The notes: a model not told the origin generated them from the letters alone. Shown: positions 12,510-26,194, counted from the stretch's first letter. The stretch is 64,000 bases of DNA from Trichinella spiralis (GCF_000181795.1 NW_003526941.1:2761933-2825932), one strand, 5' to 3'. Made by a program: numbers and translations.

Positions 12510-14585
12510 TTAAAAATTAGAAATTACTTCCAACATTCTTCTGTAGGCACCGTCAGCCATGTTTGTACCCCAAACGAAATCCACGTGGTCAGAGTCATGG
12601 TAGTAATGAATGCTTAAAGTGCTTTTCAGCTCCGCTGAAAGTCTCATGATGTCACTTTCTACGGTAAACACGTCGTTACCGCCCCAATAGAGCACCACCG
12701 GCACCAGCATGTTTCCAACCTTGTATTTCGGTGATTCTGGCTAAAAATACTACTAAATCACATTGCAGCGCAAATCAAAAAGACAAAAAGTAACTAAATG
12801 CAAATAATCTGTACCTGGTTGTAAATTTTCGTATTTTCGTCAGATCCATAATCGAATTTTTTAAATTCACCCTTCTGAATCATCTAAAATATCGCAATTT
12901 ATTATTGCTATCCCTGCTATGATTAACAACAACAAAAATGAAAAGCATTTTCAAAAAAAAGTTCAGTTCATCAAAGCAAACCTGAGAAAAATGCATAATA
13001 TTTGAAACTGAAGTACCGGATGGGGTGTGAGCCATGTAAACTGGTAAGCGGGTCTGAAACAAGTGCAAAATGAAAATCAACTGCCGCCGGTAAATTACGA
13101 ATGACGATGCACGAATCAGCATTGATAACATAGCAATTGGATGAATAAATTTGCAAATTTTGATTACTGATTAATTTTGTCGTTGAACCGTGATTGAAAT
13201 TTTATTTGCTATTGTGACGACAATTGCGAATGCTTACCATGTTGAAATTGAGAAAATCACAACCAACAAAAAGGAATAAAGCATTCTGGCACAGAAAAGC
13301 TGTCCTGCCAGTACAAAGCTTTCCACCCAACCATTTCATGAATCTTGTAGAAGGCATAAATTCGTAGCCGCCGACCATCTCAACCATTGGCTGAAAAGAA
13401 GTTAGATGATGATGATTTGCCAAATTTGCGTACAAATGATGTTCTTATTGTAAAATAAATGAAATGACTTGCTTTCAACAACCAACTGTACGGAACGACA
13501 TGCCTCAGGGCGCTTTTTGTGTTGCCCAGGTAAACAACCGGTGCAAAAGCATGAAACGTTTTCACCTAAGGAAGTCATATGCTTCGATCAAAATAACAAA
13601 CAACTCAAACAGGCCGTTTGTATTCATCACCTTAGCAGCAGACCAAGTTGGCCTTTCAGAAAACAAAATGAAGCCAATAGTGGTGCCCTGCGAATGGCCT
13701 GCATAGTGCAAACTTGGAGCTGATGTTTCATTCAGGACGAAATTAATAATTGCCGGCAAATCATAATTTGCCATTTGATCAATGCTAAAGCGGAAAGAAA
13801 AATATTACCAAAACGTTTCACAATTAATTATCATAAAATTGACCCCAATTTCATTTACTTACGTAAATGCCCAAAATTCTTGGGATTTTGGATGTAAAGA
13901 AACATGCCGCCGTGAATAGACATTGCCTCGGACGTTGGACAGCCAGACGTCGAAGCCAGCATCCGCAAGTATAAAGCCTATTAACAAAATTGTTGATTTT
14001 CGTTTTATTTGATCGTGTTAGTTCGTATTTCAAATTTTATACCAAGGCTGTGATTTCTTGAATTCAATACCCAATCAGAAGCTGACTGCAGCAAGCCGTG
14101 CTGAAGAACAACTGGCAATTTCTTGCCAGACCTGTGTCCATCATTCGGAATTCTATGATAAATTTTTTTCTGTATTGTTAAATTACACTCAACAATAATT
14201 ACTAACCGTTGAAGTCGCAATATGTATCCATCTTCAGTAATTACACTGTGCTCTTCGCATCTGTAGCCTTCACGAACAATAATTCCGCACTAAAAGTAAA
14301 ATGTACTAATAATATACATTGCTGAATTGTTCACAAAACAATTTTTCGCAACTTTTCACACAATTTGACTAAATGAATAAAATATTAAACATAATAATGC
14401 AACAATGATCAAAAGTTGAAAAATTCACCTAAACTACAAGGATCCAATATTTCTACTATTATAAATATTATTGCAATAAACTTTACTGTGTCAAGATGGG
14501 CTTCGGGATCTGCCAACGCAGAGACAAACGGAAACAGAATGAACAAGTAATTGATAATTCTAGCAAGAAAAGATAGAAAATTCAT
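12510..14585 (-). CDS. Lysosomal acid/gastric lipase-family (LIPA/lipl-like) lipase, 10 exons, signal peptide
   Basis: Hand-spliced: [32 protein letters not shown]..., [48 protein letters not shown], nucleophile motif GHSQG, HTPSGTS, KFDYG, WGGND and HVDFVWG. Confidence 0.93.
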
Positions 14586-17522
14586 ATTCAGAATTCAGAA
14601 TTTGCAATAAGCGGCACAAAAAAGAAATCACTTTTATACTAAATTTATTACATCTGCAAATAAATCCTTGTTTGAGAATAAAGAGACAAAATAAATTGAG
14701 TAATGTTTGCCTGACCACTGAAAAAATATTTAACTTATCTTTGAATGCAATTAAATGTAATTATCATTACAGTTATAAGTTATCATTTGCAATTATGGAC
14801 ATGAAATAAAATTTCGAACAATTATTGAGCAAACTACCTATAAAATTTCACGCTCAGCCTTTTTCTAGTATAAAAAAGAAATAAAAGGCTTTTCCTTATA
14901 AAATTTTGCCCTTACGATAAAAGTGCGACCAAATACAGTTGAAAAAATTTTAACGCAAAGACCGTGTGTGTCAACATGGTGCATAATATGCAGCATGGGA
15001 GAAGAGCGTATTTTGAACTTAAGAGATTCCCACTATAACCGAAATGTCTCGCTGAAGTTGCATCATACTTGGCAAACATTAAAAATAATTAAATTTCATG
15101 TTTATTTCGCTTCATTAAAATTTTGAGTTGATGAATTGAAGAAATTTAAATGTCAGCAATAGTGTTCGCAATTAATGCATAAGCGTTTCGCATTTGAATA
15201 GCAAATTGCCACAGATACAATAATGTATGAAAAAGAAAATACCACATTTGTTGTAAAAATTTAATATGAATTGCATGTGAATTAACTGACTTGAAGCCAA
15301 CGCAAAGTATTTTATCATTGCATTTTCAATTGAACACATTTGCAAAATTTATACAAATGCAAATTCACGAATGTGCAAGATGTTTGCTTTTTATGTACCA
15401 AAAAAAGAAAAAAGTTTAATTGTTCAGTAAACTAAAGCGCAAAGCGAGTAGTAATGAAATAGTAAAATAAACAACCGCACATATTGAACTTTATATTTGA
15501 AATTTATTTTTTTGGTTTATTGAATTCTTTACTGTACAAAATGGCTTCAAAATAAGTAAGCGATCGTCGTTTTTCTGCGTTGGCTGTGCTCAAGTGTGGC
15601 GTTTTAAAGAGGTTGGAATAGTAAAAAAGACAAAACATCAAATCCACTGCACCACCAATCAGCATGCAGAAAGTAGATAAAACTTAAACCCATTTGAAGT
15701 GCCAATTTTCCGGATGATCCGGAAAGTTGAGCTACTGCAATCGATTGTTACCTAAAATTTGCTTTGCCAGCAACCGAATGCTATTTCCAAATGCAGTGCA
15801 CTGGACACACTTGGATAATTAACATCTGCCTCTAGTGAGTTTCGTATGCGCTATTTCCTCCTCTCCAGCTCATCCCACCCACAAAAACAGAATCAGTCTC
15901 GGTTCCTAAAATGAACATACGCTGAATATAAAGTTAGTTGCAAGGTTTGCAAAACAATATTCGAAATAGATGACAGAAGTGAATTGTGTAATTGTATACT
16001 GCATGCGCAAATCCACGCTTGAACAATCAACAATAAAAGCTGTTCGACAAAGCAACAAAGCGGAATAGCCAAATCAAAAGCCAGAAAACACACATCCCAC
16101 TATCGGAAGACATCGCAGAATGTCCAGAAAAAGAAAAGCAACAGGAACTTTTCACTGCTTAACACATTACTTTTGTAATAGTTAGTTTTTGCCCATCAAC
16201 GCCAGATAAAAATATCAGTGCCAAATTTTGCAAAATGCCTGCTTAAGTGAGCTAACTGAATGGCAATAACGACGACAATATCATCATTTACATATATACA
16301 AGTGGCGTCATTTTGAAAGAAAATTAAAAAACAAAGGCAATTTCAAAGCAGGTAAGCATAGCTCGTTTGTTGTGCTAACACGTGCTCATTAATTTGCAAC
16401 TAACCAGAAAACATTGATTGTATTGCAACTTAATATCAATTTTTATTGTTGCTTTAATTACAGAAAATTTTCCGCTTTCTAAAAATCGAAAATGTGCGGT
16501 TATCGAAATTCAGTATATTGTACACTGCTGCATGAGAGGTAAAAAATACTAAACACGAACACGCAGTTTTCAATCGAAAAGTTGTGGTCAAACGGTTGTG
16601 GGTGTTATTATAGACTGTGCATTGAAAAGTTTCCGTTCCCCTTTGGCAAAGCGATAACCCAGCTGCGAATGTTGTTAGTAGTGGGGGTTGAACATAACTG
16701 AACAATATTGGCCCCGAAGGTCGGCAACATCCGTACTGGAAAAGGGAGATTTTTCGTTGATCACTTTAAAAAGCATCAGTTTAAGTTGTTCAACAGTATG
16801 AAACTAGAAATCAAGAGAACAGCAGCAGTTTCGAATTTCCAACAGTCCATTATTAGTAAATTGAAAGAACAATGAATCTGTGACCAGAATCAATGCATCA
16901 GAATGTGGTCACTCAACAATTGCTTCCAAATGCGGGGGCGACGGCCCTTTCATGTTAATGACGCAGAAATTCTTGAACTAATTTCTCCTATTCCAAATCA
17001 AATTATTTTACAATTGAGTCATTACAAACTGCTTGCAAGCAACTCAAACTTGCAAGCGGTTTTTTCACCAACACACCATATAGCGCATTGTCAGTGCATG
17101 CATGCGTGAAAAGCGAACGATTGTCATTCAAGCGGAAAGCGTTTGTTCAATTAAACTTCAAAAGCAACTTATTCAATCCGGCTAACGTCATTGCAAGCAG
17201 AAAACAAAATACACACACACACACACACACACAAAACATTCAATTGCTGAAAAACATGCGTGCTATTTTAAATAAATATACATGTACCTTTATACACCCA
17301 TATAAGTTTTAATCTTACGCAAAAAAATGAAAAATAAAAGAAAATGGAAAACGCCTGTGCATGTTTCACATAAACAAAAAACGGCACACATGCAAATATA
17401 GATAGATGTAAATGCACCGTATAATAATAAATAACTGGCATGCTTTTTTGATTGTTTTATCAGTTGAAAAAATGTCTGCTCGTAAAAGTCACTGCTGAAT
17501 GGGCTTCCTTGTCCATTCACGA

Positions 17523-17523
17523 C

Positions 17524-17565
<42 letters not shown>
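17523..17565. repeat. Compound (AT)n(GT)n microsatellite
   Basis: Direct read. Confidence 0.9.
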
Positions 17566-20500
17566 CGATCAGAATGAGTGTTTAAATGATGAAAACAATT
17601 AATAAATTTAAAAAATGAAAAATCACTACATTTCCATGCATGCGTGAAGACAAGCAAAGCAAATACAGAATCATGAGATAGATCTCGTTCACATAAATGA
17701 TAAAATCAGAAATCTATCCAATCTTGTCAGAGACATTGCTGGTTATTGTGATTTCATTGTCTGCTGCTTACAACGGTTTGTTTTTCCTTTGATCAAGCTA
17801 GCCGTCAGTTAATTTAGTTATGCAACGTCCGGTGACGCAATAGGTGGATAAAATTTGCACACATTTTTCAAATTGAACGCAAAAGGCCATTTGTCAAATT
17901 GTCATCTCGCACATCGAATCATCAAATGGAAATATATTATTTAAGTTGTTGTATTGTTTGGTTGATTGATCTAGAAAAAGAGACAGACAGAAGAACAATC
18001 TGTCTGTGATGCAGCTGAAATTGAACATTCATCTTTCTTCTGTCAAGTGACGACCTGACAGCTTGAAACAAGTATGATAGATATATCGATGTGAAAAATT
18101 CAACAACAACTTTTTCTGTACACTATTTCCCAAATCGTGCATGCATCTTGTCGTGCTGTTGCCACATCGTAGATTGGATCTGAAAATTGTTCATCTTCTT
18201 TTCTACGGTGCAAAACAACCGAAAAATTGCCTACGGCTAATTGACGATAAGATAACCAGCAGAGCCAAAAATTAGAAACCAGAACGCGTTAAGCAGAACA
18301 AATGTATTTCTGTTTCTGCTCTGTGCATCGAAGAAGAAATGCTGCTGCTGCTGCTTTTGCTTTCGCTTGCATGCAAACTACTGGCTGATATATTCAGTCC
18401 CATGTGTCTGTTGGTGGAGTTGTTCAATAACGGGTTCCCTGACGCGATGTTTATTTATCAAATGTACAACTTATTATTATTTTCGATTCACTTCTCACCG
18501 CGCATAAATAATAAAATTACTTAATAATAACCGTCAATGCATTGTCGAATCAGTCGAAACGTCAGAAATATGTTCGCTTATTTCATCCTCAAGCTTGCAA
18601 CCAACCTGTGGGCTTTGCAAGCGTTTCTCGTTAGCAACTGTAGGCATAAGCAAATGCTATTGATAGTGCAGCTGATAAAGGTCAAACGCTAAAAATGCCC
18701 AACTATCGCAGACGCTGATCTCCGCGCTGCTCCATAAAATTTTGTTCAATTTACCCACTTTTGGAATTAAACTGTCCAGTAGCGCATGGTCTCGTTGCAA
18801 AAGTGCAACGGGTCAAGGTTTCCAATGTTTTGTTATTCAGATAATTAAGCTGTTTCTAGTCTTCACGTGTGCCTGATAAGTTGCTCCTAAATCGAGAACA
18901 GATTCCAATCTCGACAATTAATAGCTCATGACGTCACATAAATGGCATTGCACAACGTTTGATTTCTTTCTTGACAATACATTTTTCAATAAATGAATTA
19001 ACTCAGCTAAAATCTCCATCCCATCCTTCGCCTTTCTCTGTTTGTTGCTTTCCATTCATCAACTCCCTCTCCTCCTATTCATTCCACTCCGCCACCTCTT
19101 CGCTCCAGCTGATGTTCTTCCAAATTCACCTGTATTTACAAATTCACCGCAAAAGTTCAATTGCAAGCAACGACATTTTCTGTTGATTAAAATATATCTG
19201 AATTCTCAGTACTGGTATAGTTCCCAGATGATCCTATGCCAAACAGTATTGATGTAATTTTAATCACAGCACAGAGAAGCTACATTTTTATGGAAAATCA
19301 ATCTTGAAAATAGGAAAATTTTTCACCTTTATAAATACATACGGATATTATTAGTTTTCAAATTAAAAACTATGACTCGCACAACACAATGAAACCAAAA
19401 GCAACCTTGCCCATACTTCATGAACACTTTTTCTTAAAAAAAACTAGAATGAAAAAATTTTAGAAAACTTCTTTCACTGTGCATTGCTCAAGGTAAGCAT
19501 GATAATAATTATTATTATTTACAAATAAACTACTGTAACACAAATATGCGCACATAGATATTATATTATATTATGACCAAAACAATGACCAAATCTATAA
19601 GAGTTATTGTCACTGGCATCCCGAGTGCAATCACTGGCTGATCTACTGAACTTACATAGATGATGTACATACGTGGAACGTTCCTTTCATTAGCACTGGA
19701 AGTTAACTCTGCTGCTAATGAACATATTTGTTATTCAATTGAAGACAGTTTGTCTCGATTTCGGGTTTCAACAAAATTCAAAATTTATCATGTCACAATC
19801 GTTCTAATCTACAAATCTCTTGAGATTTTCTAAGTTGGACTTTGGAAATTTTAAATTACTTTTCTCAAACAACAGCCAATTAAAATTAAAGTCAGTGATG
19901 AACAAGCAATATATTTTCCAAATATCTAATGACGCAGTGCGTTGATGATCTGCGTTCGGAGAATCCGTTTCTCTGAATTAATCAAACCAACTCGACCACC
20001 GTCCGACCGTTTTCAAAGTTCTGCGAAATAAATTATTAAAAGAACAAATCGGAATTTTTTTCAGCGAACTTTCACTATTGAATAAAGAGAAAGGTAGATG
20101 ACTGTTATGTGTAATTTATCATTCGATAAAACTAATGCATTGGTTGCAAGAGATATCTTTTCAAAAGAAATGACTTTAACTGACCACGCAAATGAACAAC
20201 TGATGATAAGAAAGCTTTTGTAAAACGTTTTCGAAGACAAATTGCGCAAAGATGACTGACGGAAAATGCTAATAAATCAACAACTTATTCATCATTCACC
20301 AAATCAACTCGCACCACCCTAGCCTGACAGGTTTCCAATAGACACAGAGTTCGTTATCTATATTATATATATAGCTAGCAAATCTATCGCAGAAATCAAT
20401 TAAAAGAATCATAACGCACTTGGTCACACTCTTCATAATAGACCTGATAATTTTTCATTTAACTTCAAATTCAGTTCCCCTCTTTTTTAACAAAATAAAA

Positions 20501-21216
20501 AGAACAAAGAAGAAGAAGAAGAAAAAAACATACCTGACTTTAAACCAGCACGACAACTGCACAACTAACTTAACTGAATTAAGCAAGGAGATAAGAAAGA
20601 AAAGCTGAAAACAAAACCAACTAAATAATGACTGAGATAGATACATAAAAATGTCAATTGTAAATTCTCCCTGCTTTCAAATGCCTGGTCGTATTCGGAT
20701 TAATGGTACGTATTGGTTTGTACTGCACAGTTGGGTGCGCATGTTGAACAGCAGCTTGGACCAAAAAGCAACAGTGTGCAGGTAATCTTTGCAAGAAGCT
20801 CGACAATAACTTTTTCGGCTCAACTTGATTTCCACTTGCTGTTGAACTGAAAACGTGTCTACAGTACGCCAAATTGCGTGACTGGCTGATCGCATCGCAT
20901 CCGAATATTGCGGAAATTTTCCATTCATCGCTCGTCGTAGACAACCTGGCCAAGCAGGTCTGGCTCCAGAACCAAATCACTTCGAAACTACTAACCCTGA
21001 CTACATCACTTCAACAGCAGACGGTAGAGGCTTGTATTTTAACATTTCTCTCTTCTTCTAATTAACTTTTTTCACTTCTTCCGAGGGATGATTGATTCCA
21101 TACAGTTTAAACAATTTTGAAATGGGCACACTATTTTTCATTTTCACATCATCATTTTCTCTTCTAGATAAATACATATACGTACATACACACACATTTA
21201 CATACACACACACACG

Positions 21217-21221
<5 letters not shown>

Positions 21222-21261
<40 letters not shown>
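21222..21261. repeat. (AT)n microsatellite
   Basis: Direct read. Confidence 0.95.
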
Positions 21262-21263
<2 letters not shown>

Positions 21264-23806
21264 TTTTCCTTCTTTTCATTTTTATAGTGATTACCATGGA
21301 CTAATAATAACAATAATAATAACAGTAATCAGTAGGAGAAGAATAATAATAGTAATTCAACCTACATGTCATAAAATGCAACCAGTTGTTGAATAACCGC
21401 AAAGATGCGCGGCGCGCCAAGAATTAACGGAATTCAATGATTTAAAAGTTGTAATCGGCGGAGTGACCCGTGTCGTACCATACCAGAAAAGCAGGCAAAG
21501 GTGTGCGCAATTTGTCAACAGTGGAAAAGCAATTGTTGTGCAATTATGAAAAATCATCCGGTCCGCCGACGCAGTACGATGCTTGTTCGTCGTCGGTTCA
21601 TTCACTTTGGTTGTTTTAAATTTAGAAAAAAAATACATATAGTACTTTGTAAGAACATACAAATAAATAAATAAATAAACAAATAAACAAAAAGCAGTAA
21701 TAAATAAATGAATAAGAGAAATTAGAGAATTATGTGCAGAAAATTGGAGTTGAGGAGATGTGATGCATGTGCAAGACCGTCTTGCAGCAGCAGCAGCACC
21801 AGCACCAGCAATAACAACAACAGCAACAACAACGCCAGCTACTGCAACCAAAAAGCATCTGGCTTCAAGCGATTCGTCGTTGTTGGGGGTGACCTTAAAA
21901 AATCTTCTCGCTTGCTTAAATATCGAGGCCAGGAATGATGACAATGCAGTCGGCAGAAGCGACGCGCCTGGGAATCCGCAAGACAAGACACCGCCGACCA
22001 CCGCCACCAAACACTGTTCCGTTCCCAAAAGCACAAGACTACTCCTTTCAGCTGGAAATGTTTCGATGAAATGTCACCACAAGCAGCCCTACACCACAAG
22101 CATTAACTAGAACGGTGTTGCCAAATTCGTTTAGCCGACCACGGCCAAAGTAAGCAAGCGGCCAATAGTAGCAGTAGTAGTAGTAGTCATGGATTAGTCG
22201 TATTATTCTTTTTACAAATATGAATCCCAAATCAAATAAAAAATATCATCCATACTGATAAATATTAGAATATTTCACATCTCTTTATGCTCAATCTTGT
22301 AAGCCATTGTACAATGTAAGCCATTGTAACAGTTTTTACATGCAATGATGGTGCAATTGGTAGGTGCAATCAGATTCCTCGTCGCCATTAAACCATCAAG
22401 CAGTTATTATTGATGTCGCTACAGTGCATGTATGATGGTCACTTTCTCGCAGGTTATCGGTATTTCATTTAAAATATTTTGCAAAATCTCTGTACAAATA
22501 ATCTACCAGCATTGTCATACACTGGGATTTTTTTTTCTTGTTTTTTATCCAAAATTTTTTCTACTTTCAAAATTTTGCTTTTAATCATTGTATCTTCAAT
22601 ATTTGGTACTCGCCGATGATGTCAACATGGTGTTGTCCAAAAATTTGCAACGCAGTGGAAAAATCCCTTCGTTGATAGCCAATTTTGTCGAATGAATTGC
22701 GTCATGAGGTGACCGAAGAGGTCAAAAGCAGAAGCCTTGTTTAACCAAACGGCCAATTCGTACCGACAAGTAGCTCTTGTCAAGTTTAATTAACCAACAC
22801 TGTCCGGCTAATTGCGTCCACTTATCTCACTAATATCTAGCTAATGCGTCACTGGTTCACTGCTTCGCACCCTCAATCAGTGCTCATGCGCACACATCTG
22901 CGATTACTAATATTACGCACTACCTACCACTATTACTATTACTGTTATTATTATGATTTTTAATATTAATCATATTACCAATACTATGGTATTCAATCAT
23001 CAGGAATTATTCTGAGAGAGTCACCGGTACCAACTTGATCACTACATTGGAAAAATTAGCGTCATCCGGCGCCAAGGTATTCCAATATCCGTAGGCTATA
23101 TTCATATATACATATACATATACAGCACAGCACAGAACAGAAGTAAAATAGAACAAAAGTGAGTCTGAAAATGTAGTGCATGTTTTGGGGTTTACTTATT
23201 TTCTTTATTACCAATCTTTCGTTGATTTTTCATTCCAAATGTTGTTGTAATGGAATACAGCAAACTAAAAACTACTTAACAAAATGATGATAAGAAGAAG
23301 AATCTAGTAAGGTTATTTTCCTTTCGGCTTGCTACTTTGTTCTGCATTGCAAAGTTACATATTAGTGGTATATTGGTTAACACCTTGTCCAGCTTTCTCT
23401 AAACAGTCAAGTACAAGAGTGTAAAAATTTAAATCAATTTCACGAGAACGACAACAGTCAAGCTGTAGTGCTCGTCGACTTGGCGTTAATCCACTCTAAA
23501 GATACAGAAATTTTCAGTCCCATTCGGCCAGTGGACAACTGCCGCCGGCCCTGGATTGCATGCATGTTGACAAATAAGGTGTGACAGCGGCATAGTTGTA
23601 TACCGGCCGGCTATTCGCACTCGCGAATAGTCGGAATTCCAGAGTGCCGGTCATTGTGATAAAAGTCGGTGACCACCAGCGACGTACACTGTGGCTTTGT
23701 GCAGACAACGTGGCGTTCTTTGCCGTTCAATTCTCACTCTCACAATCTTCGTCATTTCAATTCACACAAAGTTACAAATAGGGGCTTCTCAAATCGCTTG
23801 TGTAAT

Positions 23807-23848
23807 TATAAATACAGCTTGACACTCGGTCCACTACCTCCTGTAAGT
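23807..23848 (+). promoter_or_regulatory. Candidate TATA box and short 5'UTR exon donor of the CHH/ITP gene
   Basis: TATAAAT at ~23807 and CT|GTAAGT donor at ~23843. Matching TTTCAG acceptor at ~24457, just upstream of ATG 24496. Confidence 0.35.
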
Positions 23849-24249
23849 TCTCTAAGATTCTGAGACGATAAGCTAGTATACCCGTTCAAGCAAGCACAAT
23901 ATTATATACACCACTAACTACACCACACTACACTACACTACACTACACTACCGTTAACTAGTAGTACTGGCTGCTATTTTCTCACGCACATATTCACTTC
24001 CTCCATTTGCTCATTCCATTATTTTTCTGCATAATATTTGCAAAAACCTTTTAATATAAGACCAGAAGCAAACAATGCAATAATGACCCCGACAGGCATC
24101 TTTGCAACAAATGCACTGTTGTTTTGCCACAATTGTTTACGGGATGCTTCTGCTGAGCATTTCTTCTTATCGATTATATTATATTATATTATATTATATT
24201 AATTAGTATGCCAAGAGGATTGCTAGATGGAAAGACAGCTAGTTAGTTA

Positions 24250-24256
24250 AATAGAT

Positions 24257-24291
<35 letters not shown>

Positions 24292-24300
24292 CAGATAGAC
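24250..24300. repeat. (AGAT)n/(AGAC)n tetranucleotide repeat upstream of the neuropeptide CDS
   Basis: Direct read. Confidence 0.9.
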
Positions 24301-24495
24301 ATATAAGAAAGATGGCTAGCAAAATTATGCCTGCCGGCTGAACCACTGACACGCAGATTATTGTGCACAGCTTTTCACACGTTGCTTGCTCGCAGTTCGA
24401 TAATGAAAAAAGATTTAAAAGAGACTGTGAAAAAATAAAAAAAATATTCCATTTCAGAAGCGCTGCTGCTCGTTGGACGTCGGTGATCGGCCGCG

Positions 24496-24893
24496 ATGGC
24501 CAGCTTGTCGTCAATGCTGCTAGCAGTTCTGCTGGTGGTCATTTTGCAGACTGGCAACGCCAACCCGTACAGGGTGGCTAGGCGGAGCCGGACAATTCGC
24601 GAAAAGCCATGGGAGATGTCGGCCGGGAATTGCCCAATCTTCCAGAACGAGGTCTTGCACGCGGTCGTGGACCGCATCTGCGACATGTGCCATGAGATGT
24701 TTCGCAACGCCGACCCAAACCTGAGAGCCAAATGCAGGTATGTGTAGAAAAATTTCCATTTTCATTCGCATCAAGACTGAGTTGCAGAAGCAACTGCTTC
24801 AAAAATGAGCTTTTCACCACCTGTTTGGCAATATTCAACCCAACAATGGAGCTTGCGCCGCCAATCAAGCGCACCGTGCGGCTCGGAGGTTGA
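24496..24893 (+). CDS. CHH/ITP (crustacean hyperglycaemic hormone / ion transport peptide) family neuropeptide precursor; exons 24496-24737 and 24788-24893
   Basis: Signal peptide, RR dibasic site, then the six-Cys pattern C..DRICDMCHEMFR...LRAKCRSNCF.N..F..CL after removing a 50-nt GT-AG intron. Confidence 0.9.
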
Positions 24894-26118
24894 CGGGCGT
24901 GGTCGTTACGTGTAAAAAACCATCCGGCTTTTCATCTACCGGCTTTGGTGAATTCCAGTAGCGGCAACAGCAGCAGAAGACAATAACAACAACAACAGCA
25001 ACAACAACCAACTAACAAGAACCTGGTCGATGTATTGTTTTTCTACTTTAAAAGTACCTTTTCACACTTTAACTTCTCCTATGTGCAAGCTACTTCAGCC
25101 GGCTTGTACCGGCTTCCGCTGTGCTTCGAAACCGTACAAACCCGGTCTATTTTTCTGTGATTCTCTCATGCGTGTGCTCTCCTATTTTTGTTTTTTTCAT
25201 CATTTTCTCTACTTCTTCTATTCCATTTTTTACGTCAGATTCACTCAAAAAATGGTGAATCATGAGAACATGTCTGAAAACTCTCAACTACTACTCCTAC
25301 TACTACTACTACGCTTAGACAGGCAATGCTTGTCCGTATATTTTCTGTCGTCTGTGAATCTTCGCATTCTGTGTCTGTTTTAGACCTCCCTTCATATTCT
25401 TTTGCAGCTTTAATCGAAGCGAGCTTATAAATTATTGCTAGTTTAATGTGTTGAAAGACAAGAAAGAAAAGGAAAAAACTGTCAAAAATTGAATCCAGAC
25501 TATTGAATTTGCTAAGCCACAAGACAGCTAACGCGAAAACTGCAGCTAAACAACATACAAACAGGAGGAGGAAAAAATGTTTTTGTTACTAACAACAACA
25601 GAAAGACCGAGATGCATTGTGTAAAACATATAAGAGAACTGTTACGTGTATACGTCAACGGACGACGTCTACACATATTTCAGATTCCTGCAGATCATTA
25701 TCAGCAATGACAACATAGTAATATGGTGAAGTTGAAGACGTTTAGCCTACTTGTTTAAATATTGTCTATCCTGAAAGCGACGTGCTCTTTCGCTCAGGCA
25801 GGTGTAGTCAGGTCGTGCTAGATTGAACGGTTTAGTGAAAAGCAGCTCAGCGGCACAGAACAGGCAGCCCCCACCAATATATACCACCGACGGGCTGAGA
25901 CCATTGCCGGTGGCAGTGCTGACGTCGAGATGATGACAGAAACGCGGAAACAATATTAACTTAGCAAACTTAAACCAAAGCAACAAAGCTGAACACTGGT
26001 GCAAATATTAATAATGATAATAACTTGAAAAGCTGCTTTCAAACCAAGTGAACCAAACAAATACTCCACCCATATAAGATGTGTGTAGAAGAACATATAT
26101 GATAGAAGCCAGTCGAAC

Positions 26119-26131
26119 AAATTTTATCGTA

Positions 26132-26181
<50 letters not shown>

Positions 26182-26194
26182 TACGATAAAATTT
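26119..26194. repeat. Perfect 76-bp palindrome: 16-bp unique arms around an (AT)n tract
   Basis: AAATTTTATCGTATGC-(AT)n-GCATACGATAAAATTT. Confidence 0.9.

Noticed and set aside
15703..15729. 12-bp hairpin around CCGGATGATCCGG (considered SL/snRNA or Helitron end)
   Set aside because: No proper Sm site, SL exon or CTRR terminus in context.
19686..19722. 10-bp inverted repeat TTCATTAGCA/TGCTAATGAA
   Set aside because: Too short for a pre-miRNA and plausible by chance.
20654..21065. Overlapping short ORFs in a GC-richer patch
   Set aside because: No recognisable domain or consistent exon chain could be built.
21369..22034. 221-aa minus-strand ORF
   Set aside because: Non-ATG start and runs through simple repeats (AAAT, CAG/CAA); no domain.
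22298..22328. 14-bp direct repeat TGTAAGCCATTGTA
   Set aside because: Two copies only; a local duplication, not an array or target-site duplication around an element.
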